A DNA stretch of 64,000 nt, taken from positions 8,619-72,618 of the forward strand of contig JAUYBI010000015.1 of NCBI GenBank assembly GCA_030693145.1. Reading direction: 5' to 3'. The first letter of the stretch is position 1. Each line of letters begins with the position of its first letter. Both the position numbers and the translations under genes were made by a program. Below the pieces are notes generated by a model that was given only the letters and a program-made list of their open reading frames with translations, was not told the origin of the DNA and made no database searches. Below, piece after piece: positions 55,768 through 64,000 of this stretch. This DNA comes from Candidatus Omnitrophota bacterium. Its GTDB lineage: Bacteria > Omnitrophota > Gorgyraeia > Gygaellales > Profunditerraquicolaceae.

Positions 55768-57233
55768 GTGTTGTGATCCTGCCCATTCTCACGTCAATTT
55801 TGTTGTCGCTTTCATTCTCCAGTTTTAATCTTTGGCTGTTTGCCTGGTGCGGGTTTATTCCTTTATTTATTGCGCTAGAGAATAAATCCTTGCGCCAATC
55901 ATTTATCATCACCTGCCTGTGCGGAGTTGTTTTTTGGTCACTAACTCTATATTGGCTTATCCATGTTACCCTGCTTGGCCAAATAATCCTGGTTTTATAC
56001 CTGGCTATTTACTTTGGCCTCTTTGGCTGCGTAATTTATTTATCGCGATTTCTTTCGGTTAATCGCCGCCTGCTTTTCCTGCCCGCAAGTTGGGCCTTAT
56101 TGGAATATTTGCGTAGTTATTTATTTACCGGATTTCCCTGGGCCTTAATCGGGCTTTCACAATATAAAAATTTGCCGATTATTCAGATCGCGGATATTAC
56201 CGGCGCCTGGGGAGTTTGTTTTCTGATAGTTTTAGTGAATACCGCGCTGTATTTATTTTTACGCAGGCATTCAGGGGTAAAAATTTTATTCATCCCTATA
56301 CTCATACTGTTTTTATCTCTCGGCTACGGCGCCACGAGGTTAAGTTATAAACCGGACCGGTGCAGCGATAAAGAGCAGCTTAAAATTTCTGTAGTTCAGG
56401 GTAATATCCCCCAGGATCTAAAATGGGATAAGCGGGCGGCTGCTTTTATTCAAAGCAGGTATAAGGAATTAACGGTTGAGGCAGCTGCGCAGAAGCCTGC
56501 TCTGATTATCTGGCCGGAGGCAAGCGTGCCGGGGCTCTGGGGCCGGGATGATGCTGAATTTGCCCAAGTTTTTTCTTTAGCCGGCCAACTTGATACTAAT
56601 CTTTTGGTAGGCGCGGTCTCGTATTTTAACCAAAATTATTTTAACAGCGCTTTGTTTATTAATCATTTAGGGAGTCCGGCAGCAACTTACAACAAGCTGC
56701 ATCTGGTTCCCTTCGGGGAATATATACCGCTGAAGAATATTTTTCCATTTTTAGAGACGATTGCTCCGATCGGGGATATCCAGCCGGGCAGGGAGTATAC
56801 GTTATTCAGGCAGCCTGCTAATTTTGGCGTGCTTATTTGTTTTGAGGATCTTTTTCCGGAGCTGTCACGTGAGTTTATAAAACGGGGGGCAAGATTCCTG
56901 GTTAATATTACCAATGATGCCTGGTATAAAGAAGGCAGCGCTCCGTATCAGCATTTTGCCGCTTCGGTTTTCAGGTCGGTTGAGAATCGTGTATATTTAG
57001 CCCGCGCCGCCAATACCGGAATTTCCGGGTTTATTGATCCGGCCGGCAGGATCTTAGGGGTAGTCCGAAATGATCAAGGTAAAGAGATTTTTGTCGAAGG
57101 TTATTACAGCCAGAGTATTTGTTTAGCCGCAGGCAGGCGTACAATTTATAACCGTTACGGGGATTTTTTTGTTGTTTTTTGCCTGCTGCTTGACGCGGGT
57201 GTTATCATCTCTATTTTAATTAATAAAAAATGA
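55752..57233 (+). CDS. lnt: Apolipoprotein N-acyltransferase
   Basis: Six N-terminal TM helices. C-terminal CN-hydrolase domain ([11 protein letters not shown], catalytic Cys). An alternative start, ATG 55764, overlaps the secA stop. Confidence 0.8.
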   Translation: MLRKMSVVILPILTSILLSLSFSSFNLWLFAWCGFIPLFIALENKSLRQSFIITCLCGVVFWSLTLYWLIHVTLLGQIILVLYLAIYFGLFGCVIYLSRFLSVNRRLLFLPASWALLEYLRSYLFTGFPWALIGLSQYKNLPIIQIADITGAWGVCFLIVLVNTALYLFLRRHSGVKILFIPILILFLSLGYGATRLSYKPDRCSDKEQLKISVVQGNIPQDLKWDKRAAAFIQSRYKELTVEAAAQKPALIIWPEASVPGLWGRDDAEFAQVFSLAGQLDTNLLVGAVSYFNQNYFNSALFINHLGSPAATYNKLHLVPFGEYIPLKNIFPFLETIAPIGDIQPGREYTLFRQPANFGVLICFEDLFPELSREFIKRGARFLVNITNDAWYKEGSAPYQHFAASVFRSVENRVYLARAANTGISGFIDPAGRILGVVRNDQGKEIFVEGYYSQSICLAAGRRTIYNRYGDFFVVFCLLLDAGVIISILINKK

Positions 57234-57331
57234 TAAAAAAAATCTTATTAATTATTTTAGCCTTGATTTGCGCCAGTGTGTTTTTGGGCCTGGCCCGGAT
57301 GGATAAACGTTATCTGCCCGCTTGAATATAT

Positions 57332-58210
57332 CTAGCGGCCTTGGGGTTCCATGTGCACTACGACATCGGTTATCCCGGGAATGGCGGATTTAATCGCTTC
57401 TTCAATACGGCAGCTTATCTGGTGGGCGTCATCCATATGCATGCTGGGATTAACCTGCACATGTAAATCGATATAGACATCATCAATTCTTCCGCGGCTG
57501 CGAATTTTATGGCAGGTGAGCACTCCTTTTGTTTTTAGTACGATATCCCTGACCTTTTGATCATCCAGGAAAACAGCAGTATCGCAAAGGACATCCGAGC
57601 TTTGTTTAACGATCGCAAAAGCAGCATAACCGATAAATAACGCTATGAGTATGGTAACGATAGGGTCAATTGCAGGGAATCCCAGCTTGGTTACAACCAG
57701 AGAAATAATTACTGAAAATGAGGTGAAGATGTCTGCCCGGGTATGCAGGGAATCCGAAATCAGGATGTCGCTTTTTAGGGCCCGGCCTTTTCTATGCTCA
57801 TAGCGCATTACATAGATATTTACCGCTAAGGTAATCAGCATTACCGCGAAACTACCCCAGTCAGGCTTAAACAAGACAGGCTGCTGCAGGTGCTGCCAGC
57901 CGGTTTTTAAGAGGTTAAAAGAAACAAGAAATAACATGCCGGCAATACCCAGGGAAAACAGCGTCTCATATTTTTTATGTCCGTAGGGGTGGTCTTTATC
58001 CACCGGTTGACAGGCAAAATGAATCCCGATGAGGCCAATAACGTTGGAAGTCCCGTCGCTTAAAGAATGGAACCCATCTGCGGTCATGCTAAAACAGCGG
58101 CTGCTTAAGCCGTAAATGATTTTGGCTAAAGCTACTGCCCAGTTTAAGGCAAGCACAATAATCAGGATTTTTCTGATTTTTTGATAATGCTTAGCTAGAT
58201 TAACGTGCAT
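57332..58210 (-). CDS. Cation diffusion facilitator (CDF) family metal efflux transporter
   Basis: 292 aa. HSLSDG and DHPYGHKKYE motifs, six TM helices and a C-terminal cytoplasmic domain. Confidence 0.8.
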   Translation of the reverse strand: MHVNLAKHYQKIRKILIIVLALNWAVALAKIIYGLSSRCFSMTADGFHSLSDGTSNVIGLIGIHFACQPVDKDHPYGHKKYETLFSLGIAGMLFLVSFNLLKTGWQHLQQPVLFKPDWGSFAVMLITLAVNIYVMRYEHRKGRALKSDILISDSLHTRADIFTSFSVIISLVVTKLGFPAIDPIVTILIALFIGYAAFAIVKQSSDVLCDTAVFLDDQKVRDIVLKTKGVLTCHKIRSRGRIDDVYIDLHVQVNPSMHMDDAHQISCRIEEAIKSAIPGITDVVVHMEPQGR

Positions 58211-58269
58211 AAAGATATTCTATAATAATTTCCGGGCCTTGTAAATGACATTGTAATAAACATGACATT

Positions 58270-58372
58270 GTAATAAACTCCGCTGATTTTTATCAATTGC
58301 CAAGTACAGTAGGGTGGGTTTAAACCCACCCTACTGTACTTGGCAAAAGTCCACAGGGTTTATTATAATGTT
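58270..58372. repeat. Extended PalA T-variant (50-bp perfect palindrome TTGCCAAGTACAGTAGGG..CCCTACTGTACTTGGCAA) with ATAAACTC(C/T)GC(T/G)GATTTTTAT and AAAAGTCCACAGGGTTTATTATAAT flanks
   Basis: The flanks are shared with the copies at 60331 and 61553. The right flank contains TTGGCA-N17-TTATAAT. Confidence 0.8.
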
Positions 58373-58402
58373 CTCGATTAAAAATTAGTTAAATGCTAGA
58401 AT

Positions 58403-59815
58403 GTGAGCATGTCTAAATTAAGATTATTAATGGTGGCGTTGGTTTTGTTATGCGTTGGCTGTGCGCGTATACCCAAGCCCGATGCCGGCGCTGGAGATCG
58501 TTACGCGGAATTAGAGCCGTTTAAAAAGAATGAACGAATTTTAATTTTAGCTCCGCACCCTGATGATGAGGCGATTGCCTGCGCGGGGGTTATTCAAAAG
58601 GCGCTTAAGGCAGGCGCTCAGGTTAAGGTGGTTTATTTAACCAACGGCGACCATAATGAGCTTGCTTTTATCGTTTATGAAAAGAGGATAGTCATGCGCC
58701 AGGGCGCGTTCATTTATCTGGGTAAAATGCGCCAGCAAGAGTCAATTAAGGCCATGAAGTTTTTAGGATTATCCGAAAAAGACCTGGTATTTTTAGGATA
58801 CCCGGATTACGGAACTTTTGAGATTTTTTGCAAATATTGGCAGGTTGGAAAACCTTTCCGTGACCGGTTAACCCGGATATCCAGCGTGCCCTATGCGCAG
58901 AGCCCTTCTTATGGAGCCAAATATTACGGGGAAAATATCTTAAGTGACCTGACTAAACAGATCCTGGATTATCAGCCGGATAAAATATTTGTTTCGCATC
59001 CGGCGGACGTTAATGTCGATCATAAAGCACTGTACTTGTTTCTCCAGGTGGCCTTGAGTGACCTGGAGGCGCGTATGGCTAAACCTGAAATCTATCCTTA
59101 TCTGGTGCATCGTGTGGGTTGGCCTAAACCGCGGCATTATCATCCGGAGTTAGCGCTATATCCTCCGGAGGAATTTAACGGCTCTAAGATCAACTGGCAG
59201 CGTTTGGATTTAAGCGCTGCGGAGTTAGGCAAAAAATACCGGGCAATCCTTTTCTATAAAAGCCAGACACAATCCAGCGCTTTTTATCTATTTTCTTTTG
59301 CCAGGAAGAATGAACTCTTTAGTGATTATCCGGAGCTGGAGTTGAAACCCCAAGCAGTATCAGCAGGCGAGGATCTTTTTTATTCCGATACTTCGGAGAT
59401 GTTCAAGGAAAAAGAATATCCCTTAGATTCAAAACAGATTGAAGCGCTTGAGGATAAGGGAGGCGTAAGCTATGCCGCAGAAGACGGATATTTTGTTGCG
59501 CGCCTGGATAAACCCAAGAAGTTGAGCAGCAGGTTCGGGGTAATACTCTATATTTTTGGGTATAGCCAGAGTACTCCTTTTGCCCAAATGCCCAAGATCC
59601 GCATTATCACTAAGGGGAAAAACTGCAAAGTATTTAGTTCCAAAAACCGGATAAAGGACCCGGGGGCAAGAATAGATTTCGGCAGAAACTCTTTAATTAT
59701 AAAAATCCCGCTTAAGCTTTTAGGCCAGCCGGATTATACGCTTACGGCGCTGAAGGCTTATCATGGTAATTTGCCTATTGATGGAGCGGCTTTTCGCAAA
59801 GTCAAGATTAAATAA
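58403..59815 (+). CDS. PIG-L/LmbE-family deacetylase lipoprotein with a C-terminal extension of about 200 aa
   Basis: Signal peptide with Cys (LLCVGCA). ILILAPHPDDEAIACAGVI and HxxH (GDHNE) motifs of the LmbE/PIG-L family. C-terminal domain unknown. Confidence 0.6.
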   Translation: MSMSKLRLLMVALVLLCVGCARIPKPDAGAGDRYAELEPFKKNERILILAPHPDDEAIACAGVIQKALKAGAQVKVVYLTNGDHNELAFIVYEKRIVMRQGAFIYLGKMRQQESIKAMKFLGLSEKDLVFLGYPDYGTFEIFCKYWQVGKPFRDRLTRISSVPYAQSPSYGAKYYGENILSDLTKQILDYQPDKIFVSHPADVNVDHKALYLFLQVALSDLEARMAKPEIYPYLVHRVGWPKPRHYHPELALYPPEEFNGSKINWQRLDLSAAELGKKYRAILFYKSQTQSSAFYLFSFARKNELFSDYPELELKPQAVSAGEDLFYSDTSEMFKEKEYPLDSKQIEALEDKGGVSYAAEDGYFVARLDKPKKLSSRFGVILYIFGYSQSTPFAQMPKIRIITKGKNCKVFSSKNRIKDPGARIDFGRNSLIIKIPLKLLGQPDYTLTALKAYHGNLPIDGAAFRKVKIK

Positions 59816-59830
59816 AGAGAGGAGTGTTGG

Positions 59831-60316
59831 ATGTTAGAACTCAAAATAGTGAAGATTGATAAACCTGCGGATTTGAATTTTATTTTAGGGCAAAGCCATT
59901 TCATTAAAACCGTAGAGGACCTTTATGAAGCTTTAGTAAATAATGTTCCCGGGATAAAGTTTGGTTTGGCTTTTGCTGAAGCATCCGGGGCATGCAAAAT
60001 CAGAAGCGAAGGCAATGATCCGGCTCTGGTAGATCTGGCCTGTAAGAATATGCTGGAACTTGGCTGCGGGCATAGCTTTATTGTCTTTCTTAAAGAGGCG
60101 TATCCGATCAATGTTTTGAATGCCATTAAAAACATCCCTGAGGTATGCAATATATATTGTGCTACGGCCAATCCTGCAGAAGTAATTGTGGCCCAGAGCC
60201 AGGCCGGCCGCGGGATATTAGGAGTGATTGATGGGGCAATTCCTCAAGGGTTGGAAGAGGCAACAGATATCGCCTGGCGTAAGAATCTCTTACGTAAAAT
60301 TGGCTATAAGCTTTAG
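59831..60316 (+). CDS. Conserved hypothetical protein (possibly adenosine-specific-kinase-like, PF04008-like)
   Basis: 161-aa ORF with RBS gagagga. The family assignment is from memory only, with no sequence alignment made. Confidence 0.3.
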   Translation: MLELKIVKIDKPADLNFILGQSHFIKTVEDLYEALVNNVPGIKFGLAFAEASGACKIRSEGNDPALVDLACKNMLELGCGHSFIVFLKEAYPINVLNAIKNIPEVCNIYCATANPAEVIVAQSQAGRGILGVIDGAIPQGLEEATDIAWRKNLLRKIGYKL

Positions 60317-60324
60317 GCATTATA

Positions 60325-60450
60325 ATAAACTCTGCGGATTTTTATTAATTGTCAAGTAGAGTAGGGTGGGTTTAAACCTCCCCTACAGCTTATTAACAAC
60401 TGTAGGGTGGGTTTAAACCCACCCTACAGTTGAAAGTCAGGTGTGAATTG
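60325..60450. repeat. Two PalA copies. The first is a chimera of a T-variant left arm with a G-variant right arm (GTAGGGTGGGTTTAAACCTCCCCTAC). The second is a T-variant
   Basis: The chimeric copy at 60361-60386 is not self-complementary. The second copy is at 60403-60428. Confidence 0.85.
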
Positions 60451-60513
60451 TCAGGGTTGATTTTTCTTGCAATTTAAGGGCAGTTTGCTATAATTTGTTT
60501 AACTTAAATCAAA

Positions 60514-61425
60514 ATGGACTCTAAAAAAATTCGTAAGGGCTTTAGCCGTTTTGCGGCTTGGCTGGGAATAAATATATGCTCTTTGATAGTTAAGGTTATT
60601 CCGGCAACTTATCTTTACGCCTTTGCTAAAAATATTGCCGCTTTAGCGTATTTTTTTGCCAAAAAACAGAGAAAAATTGCTTTAGATAGTTTAAGTATTG
60701 CTTTTGGTAAAGAAAAGTCTTATCAAGAAATTGAAAGAATCGCTAAAGATTGCTTTATTTATATGGCTAAAAGCGCGGTGGAATTGATGTTCTTTTTTGA
60801 TAAACCGCAGGCTTTAAGAAATCGGGTTCAGATTCAGGGCCGGGAAAATCTCGATAAAGCATTAGCTTGCGGCCGGGGTGTTATTCTGGTGAGCGCGCAT
60901 TTTGGTAATTTTCCGCTGCTCTTAGGAAGACTGGCAGTGGAGGGTTATAAAACCGGCGGAATTATGAAGCCGATGCACGATGCCAGGATGGAAAAAATCT
61001 TCCTTAAAAAAAGGGAGAGGTTTGGGGTGAGGACTATTTACAGCCAGCCGCGTAATGAGTGCGTGAATAAGTCGATTAATGCCCTGCGTAATAATGAATT
61101 GCTTTTTATTCCTATTGATCAGAATTTTGGAACCGGGGGAGTATTCGTAGATTTCTTCGGACAAAAAGCAGCCACGGCTACCGGCCCGGTGATCTTGGCG
61201 CAGAGGACGAAAGCCGCGCTGATTCCATGTTTTATTATCAGGCAGCCCGATGATCAACACAAGATAATTTTTGAAACAGAGTTAAAATTAGAAGAAGGTA
61301 AGGGCTCTGAGGATGTTATTCTGGTAAATATTCAGAAGCTTACGCGTATAATTGAGTCTTATATACGTGCATATCCTGCGGAGTGGGGTTGGATCCATCG
61401 CAGATGGAAAAGTAAACCCCGTTAA
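60514..61425 (+). CDS. Lipid A biosynthesis (Kdo)2-lipid IVA acyltransferase family (LpxL/HtrB-like)
   Basis: 303 aa. N-terminal TM helix, a lysophospholipid-acyltransferase region (LVSAHFGNF) and C-terminal WGWIHRRWK, typical of the HtrB family. Confidence 0.7.
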   Translation: MDSKKIRKGFSRFAAWLGINICSLIVKVIPATYLYAFAKNIAALAYFFAKKQRKIALDSLSIAFGKEKSYQEIERIAKDCFIYMAKSAVELMFFFDKPQALRNRVQIQGRENLDKALACGRGVILVSAHFGNFPLLLGRLAVEGYKTGGIMKPMHDARMEKIFLKKRERFGVRTIYSQPRNECVNKSINALRNNELLFIPIDQNFGTGGVFVDFFGQKAATATGPVILAQRTKAALIPCFIIRQPDDQHKIIFETELKLEEGKGSEDVILVNIQKLTRIIESYIRAYPAEWGWIHRRWKSKPR

Positions 61426-61463
61426 ATAGAGACAGTGTAACAAACCTTGTTGATTTTCAATAG

Positions 61464-61591
61464 TAGGGGAGGTTCCTGCCTACCGGCAAGTAGGTAAACT
61501 TCCCCCACTGCTTATTAACAATAGTAGGGTGGGTTTAAACCCACCCTACTGTACTTGACAATTGATAAAAGTCAGCAGAGTTTAATATAAT
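61464..61591. repeat. PalA G-variant interrupted in its centre by a 21-bp insert (CCTGCCTACCGGCAAGTAGGT), followed by an intact T-variant with the TTGACAATTGATAAAAGTCAGCAGAGTTTAATATAAT flank
   Basis: GTAGGGGAGGTT-[insert]-AAACTTCCCCCAC is read directly. Confidence 0.8.
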
Positions 61592-61609
61592 GTCTAAATA
61601 GACATTCGG

Positions 61610-61692
61610 CGCTAAGTGGAATTGCGCCGGTGTTGTGTTACTACGCGAGACACCCGGCGCTTATTGGAATTGCGCCGGTGTTATGTATCTAC
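61610..61692. promoter_or_regulatory. Two tandem 33-bp direct repeats (GGCGCT[A/T]A[G/T]TGGAATTGCGCCGGTGTT[G/A]TGT), each with an internal GGCGC/GCGCC hairpin, upstream of the Cys-rich small protein gene
   Basis: Read directly. The spacer CTACGCGAGACACCC is partly complementary to the repeats. Confidence 0.45.
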
Positions 61693-61707
61693 ATAAGGAG
61701 GTGTTTA

Positions 61708-61932
61708 ATGGCAGCAGAAGAGAAAAAATGTTGTGGCACAGAAAAGAAGTGTTGCGATCCTAAAAAGGCCTTAGCTACACTTTTTAAGGTTGTTTTAGGC
61801 CTGGCGTTTCTGGTTTTAGGAGGCTGGGCAATTTTGAAGTTTTGGGGAGAGCTTCTGGTGATGATCAAAGGTTGCATTGGTTTATTCTTGATTTTAGCCG
61901 GTGTAATTACTTTAGCCATCGCTAAGGAATAA
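61708..61932 (+). CDS. Small Cys-rich membrane protein (CC-x4-CC N-terminus, two TM helices), function unknown
   Basis: The ATG at 61708 follows RBS ataaggagg. MAAEEKKCCGTEKKCCDPKK followed by two hydrophobic helices. The track ORF (61630) extends upstream into a repeat region. Confidence 0.45.
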   Translation: MAAEEKKCCGTEKKCCDPKKALATLFKVVLGLAFLVLGGWAILKFWGELLVMIKGCIGLFLILAGVITLAIAKE

Positions 61933-61938
61933 AAAAAT

Positions 61939-62005
61939 AAGGGGGACGGTTCTATTTTTCCGCCTGGCTTCTGGGTAAAAATAGAACCGTCTCCATGTTT
62001 TAAAT
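61939..62005. repeat. HpB hairpin plus an ATGTTTTAAATTC tail downstream of the small Cys-rich gene
   Basis: AAGGGGGACGGTTCTATTTTTCCGCCTGGC..AAAAATAGAACCGTCTCC-ATGTTTTAAA. Confidence 0.75.
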
Positions 62006-62016
62006 TCTAAAAATAG

Positions 62017-63025
62017 TTGAAAAACCTTTCCTCAAAGCTGCTTTCTTTATTTCTATTGGCCTTTTCCCTGGGGGCGGGTGCTAGTTTTTCCGGAATGAAC
62101 GCGCATCAGTCTCTGTCTATAGGTATATTCTCCGCTTCAATTTTAGGGACTCTTTTCTTTTGGGATTTCCGCCTCAGTTTTGCTTTTATCGGCACCTCAA
62201 TATTATTAATGACTAAGACCATTGACTTGGAGCATGTCATTGAATTTTCATCGCTGGAGGTAATTCTTTTCCTGGTAGGGATGATGGTGATTATCGGGTT
62301 ATTAAAAGATTCCGGAGTTTTTGCCTGGATTGTCAGCCTGATGTTACGGATTCCAAAATTAACCGGTAAAAAATTTGTTTTGCTTATTGGTTTCTTATCT
62401 GCCTTGCTTGCCTGTACGATTGACGAAGTAACCTCGATTATTTTTATGGTGGTAGCGGTCTTAGAAATTTGCGATTATTTTGAGGTTAATCCGGTGCCTT
62501 TTGTGATTATTTCTGTTTTGGCGACCAATATTGGATCTGCGGCTACGGTTCTGGGAAATCCCATCGGCATACTTATTGCTTCCAAATCCGGCTTGACCTT
62601 TGAAGACTTTATCACCAAAGCTTTCCCTTTGGCTTTGCTTTGTTTAGCCGTTACTATTTTTATTCTTTTGTTTTGGTATAGAAAATCCATAAAATTTCTG
62701 GATGCGCAGATGGGTAAGCGCGATAGGTTCAAGTGTTTTGGATAATGTCGTTCTGGTGGCGGCTTTTATTCCTGTAGTCCAGGGTTTTGGAAATTTAAAT
62801 ATTAATTTACAGCCGTTGTGGTGGGCCTTGCTTTTTGGCGGCTGTCTGGGCGGCAATATTACGCTGATCGGCTCTACCGCTAATATTGTGGCTATCGGGA
62901 TTTTAGAGAAGGAAAAACGCCTGAAGATAAGTTTCCTGGATTGGTTTTGGGTGGGCTTGAGTGTGGGCTTAGTTACTACCCTGGTGGTTATGGCAGCGCT
63001 TGTTTTTCTGCCGTTTTATAGATAA
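62017..63025 (+). pseudogene. Disrupted ArsB/NhaD-superfamily permease (two adjacent ORFs, 62017-62745 and 62702-63025, in different frames)
   Basis: The N-terminal ORF has permease TM helices. The C-terminal ORF carries the family motif GGCLGGNITLIGSTANIVAIG. The combined length of about 350 aa is short, and a frame change falls near 62700-62760. Confidence 0.4.
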
Positions 63026-63081
63026 CTTGACAAGTAAGAAAACTTGTGATAATTTGAAGACAACCTTAGAGGAGGTATAAG

Positions 63082-63741
63082 ATGAATTTGAAGAAAGCTG
63101 TTGTTTTATCCGGGCTTGCTATTGGAATGATGGTTACTGCGCAAATTGTCCTTGCCGAAGAGGCGGCGGTTGCACCCACAGATTCCGTGGTGATTACTTC
63201 TAATCAACAGGCTGCTTCACAAAAAGAGAACGATACGCAGTGGGCCTGGGGAGAGGTAACGAATTTAGACAATCAGGCTAAAACCATTACTTTAAAACAT
63301 CTTGATTATGAAACGGATCAAGAGAAGGAACTGGTTTTGGTTGTTGATGAAAAAACAGTCTTAGAAAATATTAAAGATTTTAATGAGTTGAAATTAAAAG
63401 ATACTTTAAGTGTTGACTATATGTTAGGAGCGGATAATAAAAATATTGTTAAGAATATTAGTTTTGAGAAACCGGATGCTGCATCTTCTGCGCCTGCGCC
63501 GGCGGTAGAAAATACCCAGCCGTTTACTCCGTCAATTAGCAAAGAGCAACCCGCGGTTGAGGCAGCGCAGCCGCCTGTACCTGCGCAGACAGTTGTTCCT
63601 AATTTAGCGCAGCCGGCAATTCAATCAGAAACACCCGTGGATTCATCTATCGCGGCAAATGCGGCGCCAGGGTCGATAGAGCCAGCCCCAGCACCGGTAG
63701 AATCAGGGCCAGTACCGGCTGTTCAGGAGCAAACCCAGTAA
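63082..63741 (+). CDS. Secreted protein with a Pro/Ala-rich C-terminal tail, function unknown
   Basis: Signal peptide MNLKKAVVLSGLAIGMMVTAQIVLA. The C-terminal 90 aa are low-complexity P/A/Q/V. Confidence 0.4.
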   Translation: MNLKKAVVLSGLAIGMMVTAQIVLAEEAAVAPTDSVVITSNQQAASQKENDTQWAWGEVTNLDNQAKTITLKHLDYETDQEKELVLVVDEKTVLENIKDFNELKLKDTLSVDYMLGADNKNIVKNISFEKPDAASSAPAPAVENTQPFTPSISKEQPAVEAAQPPVPAQTVVPNLAQPAIQSETPVDSSIAANAAPGSIEPAPAPVESGPVPAVQEQTQ

Positions 63742-63822
63742 TTATTCTTGATTATTTCACTCGCAAGGACTGCGTTAGATAAAAGCTGCAAGGTATTAAA
63801 ATTCGCGCATTAACTCATTCAT

Positions 63823-63848
63823 TTAATAGGCAGGGCCTTAAAACCCTG
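63823..63848. repeat. Degenerate PalA-like hairpin (TAGGCAGGGCCTTAAAACCCTGCCTA)
   Basis: Imperfect palindrome upstream of the HAD gene. Confidence 0.5.
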
Positions 63849-63860
63849 CCTAAACTTTAT

Positions 63861-64000
63861 TATGGAAAATATAAAATTAATTATTTTCGATTTGGACGGT
63901 ACCTTAATAGATGCCTATGCGGCGATAAGCAACAGCTTCAATTATGTAATGCACAGATTAGGCCTAAAAACGCAAAGCGCAGGTTTAATCCGGAGTTTGG
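63861..64000 (+). CDS. HAD-superfamily hydrolase (partial, runs off the window end)
   Basis: IKLIIFDLDGTLIDAY is the HAD motif I (DxDGT). Confidence 0.5.

Overview
Low-GC (about 42%) chromosomal segment from what looks like a diderm bacterium (lnt, lptE, lpxL-family acyltransferase, type II secretion genes, secA), lineage unclear and probably uncultivated. It is almost all plus-strand, tightly packed operons. In order: (1) An F-type ATP synthase operon tail, a b/delta-like subunit followed by alpha, gamma and beta, with no epsilon gene downstream of beta. (2) A type II secretion / type IV pilus-like operon (gspE, gspF, gspL-like, gspM-like, gspG, two minor pseudopilins, gspK) with no secretin or GspC in the window. 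(3) A roughly 11-kb biosynthetic-looking cluster that resembles a type II PKS: a small PCP_red-domain protein, a ketopantoate-reductase-family oxidoreductase, a tandem TIGR04076-like protein, a ketosynthase, a catalytically dead ketosynthase partner (CLF-like), a B12-binding radical SAM enzyme, an ACP, a cyclase-family protein, an SRPBCC protein, an MFS transporter, an SDR and an amidohydrolase-2. (4) An AT-rich accessory islet at about 23.4-28.8 kb. It holds two unknown single-TM proteins, crcB-DUF190, an MNT/HEPN pair and a Phd/Doc module, bounded by copies of a GC-rich palindromic element. The Phd/Doc module sits inside an approximately 166-bp duplication of the 5' end of the neighbouring phosphorylase gene. 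(5) A DHAP-shunt-like 5'-deoxynucleoside/MTA salvage set: a PNP/UDP-family phosphorylase, an MtnA-like isomerase, a class II aldolase fused to an SCP2-like domain, an aldehyde dehydrogenase and an acyl-CoA ligase. (6) Housekeeping genes: rlmN, a GDSL lipoprotein, tRNA-Leu(CAA) and tRNA-Ala(GGC) next to an AT-rich HTH/LAGLIDADG-like ORF, nfo, leuS, a response regulator, comEA/comEC, a BamD-like TPR protein, lptE, holA, rpsT, murJ, a short uvrC, a PEGA protein, a GT2, pilT, prfB with its programmed +1 frameshift, secA, lnt, a CDF transporter, an LmbE-like deacetylase, a lipid A acyltransferase, a disrupted ArsB/NhaD permease and a partial HAD hydrolase. Almost every intergenic gap holds one of several short repeat families. 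The main ones are a 26-bp perfect palindrome around TTTAAA (GTAGGGGAGGTTTAAACCTCCCCTAC and a compensatory T-variant) and a GGGGACGGTTCT hairpin that carries a conserved ATGTTTTAAAACGGAGG ribosome-binding module. Several copies are flanked by long target duplications. Every call rests on motif recognition by eye; no similarity search was run.
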